A stretch of DNA of 64,000 nt, taken from the NCBI GenBank assembly GCA_011191875.1, contig DUFC01000033.1, positions 11,793-75,792 on the forward strand, read 5' to 3'. Origin of the DNA: Dehalococcoidia bacterium. Its GTDB lineage: Bacteria; Chloroflexota; Dehalococcoidia; Dehalococcoidales; W498. A program made the position numbers and the translations under genes. Under the pieces are notes generated by a model. It did not search any database, was not told the origin of the DNA, and worked only from the letters and a program-made list of their open reading frames with translations. This document shows, one piece after another, positions 1 to 8,839 of this stretch. Position 1 is the first letter of the stretch, and each line of letters begins with the position of its first letter.

Positions 1-318
1 GAGCCCTTTGGGGATAGAACCTATCTGGTTCGGGCGGTGCCAGCTTTACTTCAAAACAAAGACTGGGCAGGGACAGTGAGGGAATTATTGGCTTCTTTAT
101 TGGGAAGGGATAAGAGTGATTGGTGGGAAACTATAGCTATATCTATTGCCTGTCACAGTGCAGTGCGAGCTGGGCAAGCATTAACTGATGATGAGATGCG
201 TGAACTTATCCGGCAACTGGAGCAGACATCCATTCCCAATACCTGTCCCCACGGTAGACCGACAATAATTCACATCAGCACCGGGCAGTTGAGAAAGGAA
301 TTTGGTAGAGGCTTTTAG
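1..318 (+). CDS. mutL: DNA mismatch repair protein MutL, C-terminal part (5' end outside window)
   Basis: Frame 1 is open from base 1 (EPFGDRTYLVRAVPALL...). C-terminal MutL-like sequence with TCPHGRPT motif. Stop at 316-318. Confidence 0.8.
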   Translation, partial: EPFGDRTYLVRAVPALLQNKDWAGTVRELLASLLGRDKSDWWETIAISIACHSAVRAGQALTDDEMRELIRQLEQTSIPNTCPHGRPTIIHISTGQLRKEFGRGF

Positions 319-329
319 TATGGTGGAGT

Positions 330-893
330 TTAGCTGCTACCGGGTTTAACTAAAGGGATTTGGGCAGCACACAAAGGGCAATCCGAGGGGCCGTAGGTTG
401 GAGTTATGGCACGATGACAGCTAAAAAGGGGAACTCCAAATTCAAGCTTTTGCTCGGAGCGATCAACCAATACTCCTATACCGACTACTATACCGCCGTG
501 CTTAGTTACTGCCGCCATAACTTCGTCAATGGAGTTACCGGTAGTAAGGATATCATCGACGATGAGAACTCGTTCACCATGGCTAATGCTGAAACCTCGC
601 TTAAAAGTCCTTTCGGTGCTTCCTTCCTTTTCAGCGAATATGCCACGCACTCCTAACTGCCTAGCCGCTTCAAAAGCAAGAATAATGCCACCAGTAGTGG
701 GTCCAGCTACGACCTGGATTTCCTGGTTCTGAAAGTGAGTAGTAATCAGGCGGCAAAGCTGCTCGGTGTAGCTGGGGAATTGTAAAACTCGGAACTTCTC
801 CCAGTAGACAGGGGAATGTAGCCCGGAGGCGAGTAGAAAATGCCCCTTGAGTATAGCTCCTGATTTCTGAAAGATTTCCTCTACACTTTCTAT
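330..893 (-). CDS. pyrE: orotate phosphoribosyltransferase
   Basis: PRTase motif VLIVDDILTTGNS. The conserved N-terminus (SGAILKGHFLLASGLHSP...VVAGPTTGGIILAFE) continues in frame upstream of the track start (GTG 650). No ATG/GTG/TTG occurs back to the stop at 939-941. Best start is ATA at 893 behind GAGGGGG. Confidence 0.75.
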   Translation of the reverse strand: MESVEEIFQKSGAILKGHFLLASGLHSPVYWEKFRVLQFPSYTEQLCRLITTHFQNQEIQVVAGPTTGGIILAFEAARQLGVRGIFAEKEGSTERTFKRGFSISHGERVLIVDDILTTGNSIDEVMAAVTKHGGIVVGIGVLVDRSEQKLEFGVPLFSCHRAITPTYGPSDCPLCAAQIPLVKPGSS

Positions 894-1083
894 TACCCTT
901 ACCCCCTCTCTGAAATAAATCCTAAATCCTAAACAAATTCAAAATTTAAAAGCGTATTGGTTCTTCAGGTTTTAGCCATTAGTGCTTTGTGCTTATTTAG
1001 AGTTTCGTGCTTTAAACTTTGGATTTGACCAAGGATTTCCACCCCCATTTATTGCCGCTTCAACCTACCCCTGATGAATGTAA

Positions 1084-1638
1084 CTAATTACTTATAGAGC
1101 TGGCTAGTTGTTCTTCAAAGGAGTAGTTAGGAGCAAGTCCCCACTTACTTAGCGGCCAGATTGATAACCAGGCTTTGCCAATTATATCTTGGCGTGGCAC
1201 TGTCCAGCCATTATGGGAATCATCAGCATTAGGGCGGTTGTCACCGAGGACAAAATATTCGTTCTCTGGAATATCACGCATGGGGACAGTATAGTTAGCA
1301 TGATTTTTAACATAAGGTTCATATAGTTGCGAACCATCAATATATACCACCCCTTCTTCTATTTCTATAGTATCACCGGGTAAACCAATGATGCGCTTAA
1401 TATAAGGGGGTGTATTTTGGGGTTTATGAGGTGGATAAAATACGATTATATCGCCTCGCTCAGGCTCATGAAAACGATAAACAACCTTACTTATTAAGAG
1501 ACGTTGTCCTTCTTCTTGAAGGGTAGGCTCCATACAAGAGCCTACAATGGGGCAACTCTGGACTGTAGTTTGTATTAAGAAGACGATTACTACTGCCAGT
1601 ACAAGCGTTACTATAATCTCACGAAGAGAAGCCCTCAT
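1084..1638 (-). CDS. lepB: signal peptidase I (S26 family)
   Basis: N-terminal TM helix, SCMEPTL serine box, GDNRPNADDSHNGW box. Confidence 0.9.
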   Translation of the reverse strand: MRASLREIIVTLVLAVVIVFLIQTTVQSCPIVGSCMEPTLQEEGQRLLISKVVYRFHEPERGDIIVFYPPHKPQNTPPYIKRIIGLPGDTIEIEEGVVYIDGSQLYEPYVKNHANYTVPMRDIPENEYFVLGDNRPNADDSHNGWTVPRQDIIGKAWLSIWPLSKWGLAPNYSFEEQLASSISN

Positions 1639-1764
1639 TTAATACTTCCTTTTTAATTATAATTATACATTATCAGTCTTCATTCGGCTAGTATTTATTG
1701 GTGCCTGTTAGCTATAGGTTTTGTGTTGCACTTATTAAAAAGGAGGTGCTAGAATGGCGACAGT

Positions 1765-2856
1765 ATGGACTATATGGAGCAGGCACTTTCCCTGGCTAGA
1801 TTAGCTCTGGGGCAGGTTAGCCCTAACCCGGCGGTGGGGGCAGTGGTAGTTAAGGATGATGTAGTTGTGGGACAGGGCTATACCCAACCACCAGGCTCGT
1901 GGCATGCCGAGGTAGTAGCCTTGAAGCAGGCAGGAGAGGAAGCCCGAGGGGGAGTGATGTATGTTACCTTGGAGCCATGCTGCTATTATGGTCGGACTCC
2001 ACCCTGTAGTGAGGCAATCATTGACGCTGGCATTACTGAGGTTCATTTAGCTATGCTTGACCCCAATCCCTTAGTTTCAGGGCGAGGCAAAGACGAACTG
2101 GAAAGAAACGGCATTAAGGCATATGTGGGTGAGCGTGAAGCTGAGGCTAGAGAGGTGAATGAAGCCTATACCAAATTCATTACTACTGGTATCCCCTTTA
2201 TTACCGCCAAGTTTGCTATAAGCTTGGATGGCAAGATTGCTACAAAAAGTGGTGATTCTAGATGGATTAGTGGTGAAGAGGCAAGGAAGTATGTTCATAA
2301 TCTGCGTTATACCACTGATGCTATTATGGCTGGGGTGAATACTGTACTAGCTGATGACCCTTGCCTCACCACTAGGTGTGGTGGAAAGGGAGGAACAGCT
2401 AGGAAACAACCACTCAGGGTAATTGTAGATAGTAAAGGGCGTACACCACCAACCGCGCGAGTATTTAGTGAGCCAGGCAAAACGCTTCTGGCAGTGGGCA
2501 GGTTGGTTAAGCCAGAAGGGGCAACAGCTTTAGCTCAGGTTGGAGCTGAACTATTAGAATTGCCCTCGGCAGATGGGTTGGTAGACCTGGAGAAGTTGCT
2601 AATAGCGCTTGGGGAACGGGGAATTACCAGCGTCTTAGTTGAAGGTGGTGGCATTCTTCTTGGTTCTCTATTCGACTATAGGCTAGTAGACAAAGTTATT
2701 ATCTTTATTTCCCCTATAATCATTGGTGGTGAGGGGGCAAAGACGGCTGTAGCTGGTAAAGGGGTTGATAAAGTGGTAAACTCATTTAAACTAGAGCGTA
2801 GTAAGGTTGAGAAATTGGGTGAAGATTTGATGGTTAGTGGATATATTAGGGGGTAA
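1765..2856 (+). CDS. ribD: bifunctional diaminohydroxyphosphoribosylaminopyrimidine deaminase / 5-amino-6-(5-phosphoribosylamino)uracil reductase
   Basis: CMP/dCMP deaminase zinc motif HAEV...PCCYYGRTPPC followed by a RibD C-terminal reductase domain. First gene of the rib operon. Confidence 0.95.
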   Translation: MDYMEQALSLARLALGQVSPNPAVGAVVVKDDVVVGQGYTQPPGSWHAEVVALKQAGEEARGGVMYVTLEPCCYYGRTPPCSEAIIDAGITEVHLAMLDPNPLVSGRGKDELERNGIKAYVGEREAEAREVNEAYTKFITTGIPFITAKFAISLDGKIATKSGDSRWISGEEARKYVHNLRYTTDAIMAGVNTVLADDPCLTTRCGGKGGTARKQPLRVIVDSKGRTPPTARVFSEPGKTLLAVGRLVKPEGATALAQVGAELLELPSADGLVDLEKLLIALGERGITSVLVEGGGILLGSLFDYRLVDKVIIFISPIIIGGEGAKTAVAGKGVDKVVNSFKLERSKVEKLGEDLMVSGYIRG

Positions 2857-2858
2857 GA

Positions 2859-3488
2859 GTGTTTACTGGAATTGTCGAGGGGATAGGTAGGATTACTTCG
2901 GCGACACGTGGAAATATTGTTGTCGCCACCAGTGATACTCTCCAAGGAATAGAGATTGGCGGAAGTATTGCTGTTAACGGGGTATGTCTGACAATAACCA
3001 ATATTAATGGTAATTCGTTCACTGTTGACATAATGCCGGAGACATTAGTGAGGACAAATCTTGGACTATTGAAAGTGGGAGATAGAGTTAATTTGGAGAG
3101 AGCTTTAACTTTAGGGGGACGCTTGGGAGGCCATTTAGTCCAGGGTCACGTGGATGATACAGGAAGAGTAGTTTCGGTTACCTGGAGTGGTGAGACAATG
3201 CTCATTGGATTTGAAGCCTCCCCCGGAGTGATGCGCTATGTAGTAGACAAAGGTTTTATTGCTGTTGATGGGGTTAGCTTAACTGTGGTGACTGAAAACA
3301 AGGGCTCGTTTCAAATTTCTGTTGTTAACTACACCCAGAAACATACAACTCTAGGTAGCCGGCAGGTAGGTGACCTGGTTAATCTGGAGGTAGATATTAT
3401 TGCTAAATATGTGGAGCAGCTTATCCAGGCTCATAGCCCAGGGATAACTACCGATTTTTTACAAAAGCACGGGTTTTTAGTCAGTTAA
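2859..3488 (+). CDS. ribE: riboflavin synthase alpha chain
   Basis: MFTGIVEGIG N-terminus and duplicated lumazine-binding repeats. GTG start 2 nt after the ribD stop. Confidence 0.95.
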   Translation: MFTGIVEGIGRITSATRGNIVVATSDTLQGIEIGGSIAVNGVCLTITNINGNSFTVDIMPETLVRTNLGLLKVGDRVNLERALTLGGRLGGHLVQGHVDDTGRVVSVTWSGETMLIGFEASPGVMRYVVDKGFIAVDGVSLTVVTENKGSFQISVVNYTQKHTTLGSRQVGDLVNLEVDIIAKYVEQLIQAHSPGITTDFLQKHGFLVS

Positions 3489-3518
3489 TTTAATCTGGTT
3501 TTGATTGAAGGAGTAAGC

Positions 3519-4745
3519 ATGGGGTTATCAAGTATTTCTGAAGCTATTGAGGATATAAAAGCAGGCAAGTTTATCATTATAGTTGATGATGAGGATAGGG
3601 AAAACGAGGGCGACCTAGCTATAGTTGCCGAGAAGGTTACTGCTGAAGTCATTAACTTCATGACCAAGCATGCCCGAGGACTCATTTGCCTGCCGATTAT
3701 CGGTCAGCGACTGGACGAATTGGGAATTCCGTTAATGGTAGGAGACAACACCTCAAGGTTTTCTACTGCCTTCACTGTGTCTATTGAAGCTAAGCACAGG
3801 GTAAGTACCGGTATTTCGGCAGCCGACAGAGCCGAGACAGTAAAAGCAGTGATTAACCCGGCTACTAAAGCCGAGGATTTAGTTCGACCGGGGCATATGT
3901 TTCCGCTGCGGGCTAGGGAGGGCGGTGTCCTGGTGCGGGCGGGGCATACTGAGGCAATAGTTGATTTGGCCAGGCTAGCTGACCTTTATCCAGCAGGGGT
4001 TATCTGTGAGATTATGAATGAAGACGGTTCTATGGCACGGCTGCCCCAACTTGAGGTAATGTCGGAGAAATATGGGATTAAAATGGTGACTGTAGCCGAC
4101 CTTATAACCTATCGCCGTTGTCATGAAAAGCTAGTGCACCAAATGGCTGAGGCTAAGTTACCGACAAAATACGGTGAGTTTATGACTATCGCCTATAAAA
4201 GTGATATAGACCCCGATGAGCATATAGCCTTAGTGATGGGGGATATATCTACCGAGGAGCCGGTGTTAGTCCGGGTTCATAGTGAATGTGTTACCGGTGA
4301 TGTATTTGGTAGCCTTCGCTGCGATTGCGGTGAACAGGTTGCCCTGGCGATGCAAAGTATTGCTGAGGAGGGGCGAGGTGTTTTCCTGTATATGAGACAG
4401 GAGGGGAGGGGCATTGGTGTCCACAACAAGATTCGTGCTTATGCTCTTCAAGATGAAGGACTGGACACAGTAGAGGCTAATCTCTCTTTGGGGTTCGCTC
4501 CAGACCTAAGGGACTACGGCATAGGTGCCCAAATCTTGGCTGATTTGGGTTTACACACGATTCGACTGCTCACTAACAATCCTAAAAAGGTAATAGGTTT
4601 GGAAGGTTATGGACTAAAGGTGTTAGAAACACTACCTATTATCGCCTCCCCCAATCCGTATAACCGTCATTACTTGGAGACAAAACAGAAAAAAATGGGG
4701 CATCTATTACAAATACCAAATACTGCGGAGAAAAGGAGAAAGTAA
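3519..4745 (+). CDS. ribBA: bifunctional 3,4-dihydroxy-2-butanone-4-phosphate synthase / GTP cyclohydrolase II
   Basis: DRENEGDL (DHBP synthase) plus CDCG...GRGIG (GCH II). ATG at 3519 follows GAAGGAG. The track TTG at 3501 is less likely. Confidence 0.95.
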   Translation: MGLSSISEAIEDIKAGKFIIIVDDEDRENEGDLAIVAEKVTAEVINFMTKHARGLICLPIIGQRLDELGIPLMVGDNTSRFSTAFTVSIEAKHRVSTGISAADRAETVKAVINPATKAEDLVRPGHMFPLRAREGGVLVRAGHTEAIVDLARLADLYPAGVICEIMNEDGSMARLPQLEVMSEKYGIKMVTVADLITYRRCHEKLVHQMAEAKLPTKYGEFMTIAYKSDIDPDEHIALVMGDISTEEPVLVRVHSECVTGDVFGSLRCDCGEQVALAMQSIAEEGRGVFLYMRQEGRGIGVHNKIRAYALQDEGLDTVEANLSLGFAPDLRDYGIGAQILADLGLHTIRLLTNNPKKVIGLEGYGLKVLETLPIIASPNPYNRHYLETKQKKMGHLLQIPNTAEKRRK

Positions 4746-5224
4746 TGAACAAGCATTTTGAAGGTATTTTACTGGGGGAAGGGCTGAAGTTTGGGCTGGT
4801 TATCTCCCGTTTTAACGAGTTTATTACCAGGAAATTACTTGATGGGGCACAAGATGCTTTGCTTCGCCACGGTGCTAGCCAGGAGAATATAGATATTGCC
4901 TGGGTGCCGGGTTCATTTGAAATCCCACTAATAGCTAAGAAATTAGCTGAAACCAAGAGGTATGATGCTGTTATCTGCCTTGGTGCTGTGATTCGTGGTG
5001 GGACACCTCACTTTGAATACATTGCTTCTGAGGTAACTAAGGGTATTGCTAAGGTGGGTTTGGAAACTGGATTACCGGTCATTTATGGTGTAATCACTGC
5101 TGATAGTCTAGAGCAAGCCATTGAACGAGCGGGAACTAAAGAAGGGAATAAGGGCTTTGAGGCTGCAGTGAATGCCATAGAGATGGTTAATCTAACGAGG
5201 AGTATAGCTCTCAAAAAGAAGTAG
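4745..5224 (+). CDS. ribH: 6,7-dimethyl-8-ribityllumazine synthase
   Basis: Typical RibH sequence ([14 protein letters not shown]). ATG overlaps the ribBA stop (TAATG). Confidence 0.95.
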   Translation: MNKHFEGILLGEGLKFGLVISRFNEFITRKLLDGAQDALLRHGASQENIDIAWVPGSFEIPLIAKKLAETKRYDAVICLGAVIRGGTPHFEYIASEVTKGIAKVGLETGLPVIYGVITADSLEQAIERAGTKEGNKGFEAAVNAIEMVNLTRSIALKKK

Positions 5225-5339
5225 CTTATAGTTAACTTCGGTGATTTGGTTAGTAGCGTTTCAATCCTAGGCTCGGTTTCTAGGCGCTGGGGATTACCTG
5301 CCCAAGATTTCCAATCAGAGGAATCTCTGGATATTTGCT

Positions 5340-5594
5340 TCACTCGGTAACCTTATAGACTACATCCCCTCTCCTTACCCGCTCGCTAACCTTGATACCA
5401 ATAGCATCTCCGGCTTTGGCCTCTTTAACATTCACATTATCAATTTGCATTGATTCAACAACAAATTCAAGATCGGTAGTGTGACCTTTAATGTGAAGCT
5501 TATCACCCAGTTTTAGAAGCCCTGTTAACCCAATGCCAGCTACTACAGGTCTGGCGAAGAAGTCGCTTACCTTTCCGATTACTTCCTCAGGCAT
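5340..5594 (-). CDS. small beta-barrel protein resembling translation-factor domain 2 (EF-Tu D2-like); function unknown
   Basis: 84-aa ORF with GDKLHIKG...VKEAKAGDAIGIKV pattern typical of the GTP_EFTU_D2 fold. SD GGAGG sits upstream on the minus strand. Confidence 0.55.
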   Translation of the reverse strand: MPEEVIGKVSDFFARPVVAGIGLTGLLKLGDKLHIKGHTTDLEFVVESMQIDNVNVKEAKAGDAIGIKVSERVRRGDVVYKVTE

Positions 5595-5727
5595 TTGATA
5601 CCTCCTTTATGTTTAATATAAAATGGATTACTTACCTCTAAAAATAGTATAAGTCATCCAACTTGTGTAAATCAATATTAATGGGAAAATATTTTGGTGT
5701 AGGCTAGTAACATTAGCACTTTAATCT

Positions 5728-5756
5728 TTGACATGGCGCCAAATGCCACATATAAT
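5728..5756 (+). promoter_or_regulatory. consensus sigma70-type promoter (TTGACA-17-TATAAT) for the small ORF and bioY
   Basis: TTGACA at 5728-5733, exact 17-nt spacer containing the palindrome TGGCGCCA, TATAAT at 5751-5756. It lies 30 nt upstream of the 5787 ORF. Confidence 0.5.
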
Positions 5757-5786
5757 TAACTGATTATTATTTCTAGGAGTGAAGAT

Positions 5787-6017
5787 TTGGCACAGGAAAC
5801 TGAACCTGATGTAGTAGGTAAGGAAGAAGAGCTGGATATTGGACATATTAAACGGCGTCTGGATATGTTAGACCAGCGTATAGATAGTATTGACTCGATG
5901 ATTACCGCTGTTGCTGAACGAGTAATGGACCAGCCTGTCACCGTTAATATAACCTGTCCCCATTGCGGCAAGAACATTGAGATTGCTCTCATAGGTAAAG
6001 GGAAGCCAACAAAATAG
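5787..6017 (+). CDS. hypothetical small protein with coiled-coil and C-terminal CPHCG zinc-ribbon-like motif
   Basis: 76-aa ORF, TTG start behind AGGAG, immediately upstream of bioY. No recognisable family. Confidence 0.45.
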   Translation: MAQETEPDVVGKEEELDIGHIKRRLDMLDQRIDSIDSMITAVAERVMDQPVTVNITCPHCGKNIEIALIGKGKPTK

Positions 6018-6055
6018 AGCGGATATATGAAATTCTTGAGAATAAGGAGGATAAC

Positions 6056-6715
6056 TTGGAAGTAGCTGCTAGAATTAACCAGACTAAATATAATGTGTTT
6101 CAATGGAGGTATGAGCTTAGCGTATCGAAGAAGCTGGCATTAGCCCTTGGTGTAGCTTGTCTTATTGGGCTTGCTGCTCAAGTTAGAATCCTCCTTCCTT
6201 GGAGTCCGGTGCCAATAACAGGACAGACCTTTGCTGTACTCGTGGCTGGTGTGATATTAGGAAGGTGGTGGGGAGGTATAAGTCTAGCTCTCTATGCCGG
6301 GCTGGGTGCTGCCGGACTTCCCTGGTTTACTGGCTGGTCCGGTGGTTTGGGCTACCTTGCCGGACCCACTGGGGGCTATATTATCGGTTTTATCCTGGCT
6401 GCCATGTTTTTAGGTCACTTTACCGATAAGTATATTAGGTCGAGAAGCTTTTTTAGTATGCTCGGGCTTATGCTTTTTGCCAATTTTGTCCTGATTTATA
6501 TACCGGGTTTGCTCCAACTACACTTTTGGCTAAGCCTGGTTAAAGGGGAAGCGGTCATCCTCTCCCAGCTCCTGATGATGGGAACCCTTCCCTTTATAGC
6601 CGGTGATATAACCAAGGCTCTGGCAGCGGCAGCTATAGCCAGGGGAATAACACCCAAATCAGCCTACAATGGAGAGGTAGATAAAGATAAATGGAGGAGT
6701 TGGCGTCTCCCCTGA
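6056..6715 (+). CDS. bioY: biotin transporter BioY (ECF S component)
   Basis: VPITGQTFAVLVAG...GPTGGYIIGF motifs and multiple TM helices. TTG start 5 nt after AAGGAGG. Confidence 0.85.
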   Translation: MEVAARINQTKYNVFQWRYELSVSKKLALALGVACLIGLAAQVRILLPWSPVPITGQTFAVLVAGVILGRWWGGISLALYAGLGAAGLPWFTGWSGGLGYLAGPTGGYIIGFILAAMFLGHFTDKYIRSRSFFSMLGLMLFANFVLIYIPGLLQLHFWLSLVKGEAVILSQLLMMGTLPFIAGDITKALAAAAIARGITPKSAYNGEVDKDKWRSWRLP

Positions 6716-6780
6716 AAATACTCCCCTGTACCTAAATAGTTACTTGAATGTCACTGAGATATTGGACAAGGACAATAGGT

Positions 6781-6809
6781 TGACGATAGGGGAGGCCTCT
6801 AGTAGAATT
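6781..6809 (+). promoter_or_regulatory. putative promoter of tRNA-Val (TTGACG-17-TAGAAT)
   Basis: -35 at 6781-6786, 17-nt spacer, -10 at 6804-6809. The tRNA starts 12 nt downstream. Confidence 0.45.
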
Positions 6810-6821
6810 GTGGCATTAATG

Positions 6822-6897
6822 GGCGGTTAGCTCAGTTGGTTAGAGCGCTGCGTTGACATCGCAGAGGTCACTGGTTCAAATCCAGTATCGCCCACCA
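6822..6897 (+). tRNA. tRNA-Val (anticodon GAC), CCA encoded
   Basis: Cloverleaf folded by hand: acceptor GGGCGGT/ATCGCCC, anticodon arm CTGCG-TTGACAT-CGCAG, T arm ACTGG-TTCAAAT-CCAGT, 3' ACCA. Confidence 0.95.
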
Positions 6898-6911
6898 TAT
6901 CAGGGGTTTAC

Positions 6912-6942
6912 ATAATGTATTCTATCAGATAGAATACATTAT
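6912..6942 (+). terminator. perfect 13-bp hairpin downstream of tRNA-Val
   Basis: ATAATGTATTCTA-tcaga-TAGAATACATTAT. AT-rich stem with only a weak T tract after it. Confidence 0.45.
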
Positions 6943-7446
6943 TGCTTCTATAGATTCACGTTTTGCGAGGCGGCTGGAGACGAGGCGTATGAGCAACTGT
7001 GACCTCTTCAAGCGCTATTATAGTGAACTCCTGTTGAGACTACACAACAGGAAGTGTAGACCGTCAGCGATAATGGGACACAAATAGGGCCACTATAACC
7101 GTACACTCCAGGTGGGTGGCACAAGAGGTGCTGACTAAGATTAGAATTGATATAAATAGCATTTCCTTGTTCCCTAATGCGTGGGAGGCCTATTATGGCG
7201 GCTAGCATTTGGCCTGGCAATAGGCTTTTTCTTAAGAAAGAGGGAGCATATTCTCTTATAGTCTAAGGCATGTGCTATTATATCTAACTGAACACTTTGG
7301 CTGTCTGTTACTGAATAAAAAGATGAATTTTTGGATGGCCCTGCAGTATAATTGGGATACTCAGGTTGTTGACAATATAAGTAGGAATTACACTGTGTAA
7401 TAAAATCGCAGTAATCAACGAAGCAATTAAATACGTGAGGAGGCAA

Positions 7447-8532
7447 ATGTTAAAAAGAAACATCATTTTTAATCCTGGACCGGCGGCGCTGCCGCTGGAA
7501 GTTCTTAAGATTGTGCAGGAAGAACTCCTCGATTACCAGGGCAGCGGAATGTCAATCCTGGAAAGCTCCCATCGCGCTAAAGAATTTGAGGCGATCAATG
7601 ACCAGGCAATCGCACTGGTACGTGAACTTCTCGGACTGGGCACTGATTACCAAGTACTATTCCTGGGCGGCGGCGCATCTACACAGTTTGCCTTGATACC
7701 GATGCACTTCATTGACGATGGCCAGATGGCCGCTTATGTGGACACCGGCGCATTTGCTTCCAAAGCCCTGAAGGAATGCCAGATTGTGGCCAAAGCGCAC
7801 GTGGCATTCTCCTCCAAAGAGGAGAAGTATCGCCGGGTGCCAAAGATGAGCGAGATAAAGTACCCTGAGAATGTGGCCTATCTCCATATCTGCTCGAACA
7901 ACACCATCGAAGGCACCCAGTTCCAGGAGTTTCCGAATACCGGCAATGTTCCGATGGTAGCCGATATGTCTTCGGATATCGCGTCGCGGCAACTGGATTA
8001 TAGGAAGTTTTCCCTGATCTATGCCGGAGCCCAGAAGAACCTCGGCCCGGCTGGTGTGACGCTGGTGGTCATTCGTGATGATTTTCTGGCGAAGGGTAAA
8101 AAAGGCCTTCCAACTATATTCAGCTACCAGACCCATGTGGACAATAAATCGCTATACAACACGCCTCCGGTATTCGGGGTTTATATCACGAAGCTGGTGT
8201 TAGAGTGGATCAAGAGTAAGGGCGGTCTGGCAGGAATGGAGAAGATCAACGCGGCCAAGAAGGATTTGTTGTACAATGCCATCGACGCTGCTCCTGATTT
8301 CTATAAATGCCCCGCCGAGAAAGACAGCCGGAGCTGGATGAACATCACCTTACGACTGCCTACTGAGGACATGGAGAACAAATTTATCGCTGATGCCAAG
8401 AAGGAAGGCTTGCTAGGCCTGAAGGGTCACCGCTCTGTTGGAGGCATCCGTTTCTCAATCTATAACGCGGTGTCTCTTGAGGACATACAGAAGACAGTTG
8501 ACTTCATGGACAAGTTCCGTAAGTCTTCATAA
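7447..8532 (+). CDS. serC: phosphoserine aminotransferase
   Basis: NFNPGPAALP N-terminus, class V aminotransferase body. ATG 7447 lies behind GAGGAGG, so the track GTG 7435 sits inside the SD. GC looks visibly higher than in the neighbours. Confidence 0.9.
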   Translation: MLKRNIIFNPGPAALPLEVLKIVQEELLDYQGSGMSILESSHRAKEFEAINDQAIALVRELLGLGTDYQVLFLGGGASTQFALIPMHFIDDGQMAAYVDTGAFASKALKECQIVAKAHVAFSSKEEKYRRVPKMSEIKYPENVAYLHICSNNTIEGTQFQEFPNTGNVPMVADMSSDIASRQLDYRKFSLIYAGAQKNLGPAGVTLVVIRDDFLAKGKKGLPTIFSYQTHVDNKSLYNTPPVFGVYITKLVLEWIKSKGGLAGMEKINAAKKDLLYNAIDAAPDFYKCPAEKDSRSWMNITLRLPTEDMENKFIADAKKEGLLGLKGHRSVGGIRFSIYNAVSLEDIQKTVDFMDKFRKSS

Positions 8533-8646
8533 TACGAAGCCATTCTATTACTAGCTTGCTCGCATCAAGAGAGAAGGAACCAAAGTGAACTTTATGGCTT
8601 TCTGTTACATCCGCATTCCTGGGGATTCACTCTGTATTACAGGCTA

Positions 8647-8675
8647 TTGACAAATCAGGGGAACAGCATTAGTAT
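8647..8675 (+). promoter_or_regulatory. putative promoter (TTGACA-17-TAGTAT) of a non-coding leader or sRNA
   Basis: -35 at 8647-8652, 17-nt spacer, -10 at 8670-8675. No ORF follows before the terminator at 8754-8801. Confidence 0.4.
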
Positions 8676-8753
8676 TGTCCGCAGAAGAATAATATATAAC
8701 CGTAGACGAAATACATACTGTAGCGTAATTTCGGAAGGTTAAGGAAATGAAAT

Positions 8754-8801
8754 AAAGGGCACTGGAACCGCTAAGTGATGGCGGTGGCTGGTGCCCTTTT
8801 T
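8754..8801 (+). terminator. rho-independent terminator-like hairpin
   Basis: AAAGGGCAC...CCGC-loop-GCGG...GTGCCCTTTTT. Long GC-rich stem followed by a T5 run, 38 nt upstream of the 8840 start. Confidence 0.6.
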
Positions 8802-8839
8802 GAGTGCCTAAGGGAGAGTACGTAAGGAGGTGCTGACGT

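Noticed and set aside
6943-7446. Looked for an integrase or transposase remnant, a group II intron or a structured ncRNA (RNase P, SRP, tmRNA, 6S) in the 500-bp non-coding stretch after tRNA-Val.
   Set aside because: All six frames give only short, stop-ridden or Cys/low-complexity peptides with no recombinase motifs. None of the conserved ncRNA signature sequences I know are present.
7657-8136. 159-aa minus-strand ORF inside serC, and other antisense ORFs such as 11734-12192, 13243-13668, 14395-14790, 46488-46868 and 58662-59072.
   Set aside because: Each lies fully within a strongly supported gene on the other strand. None has an SD, and their composition is typical of antisense frames.
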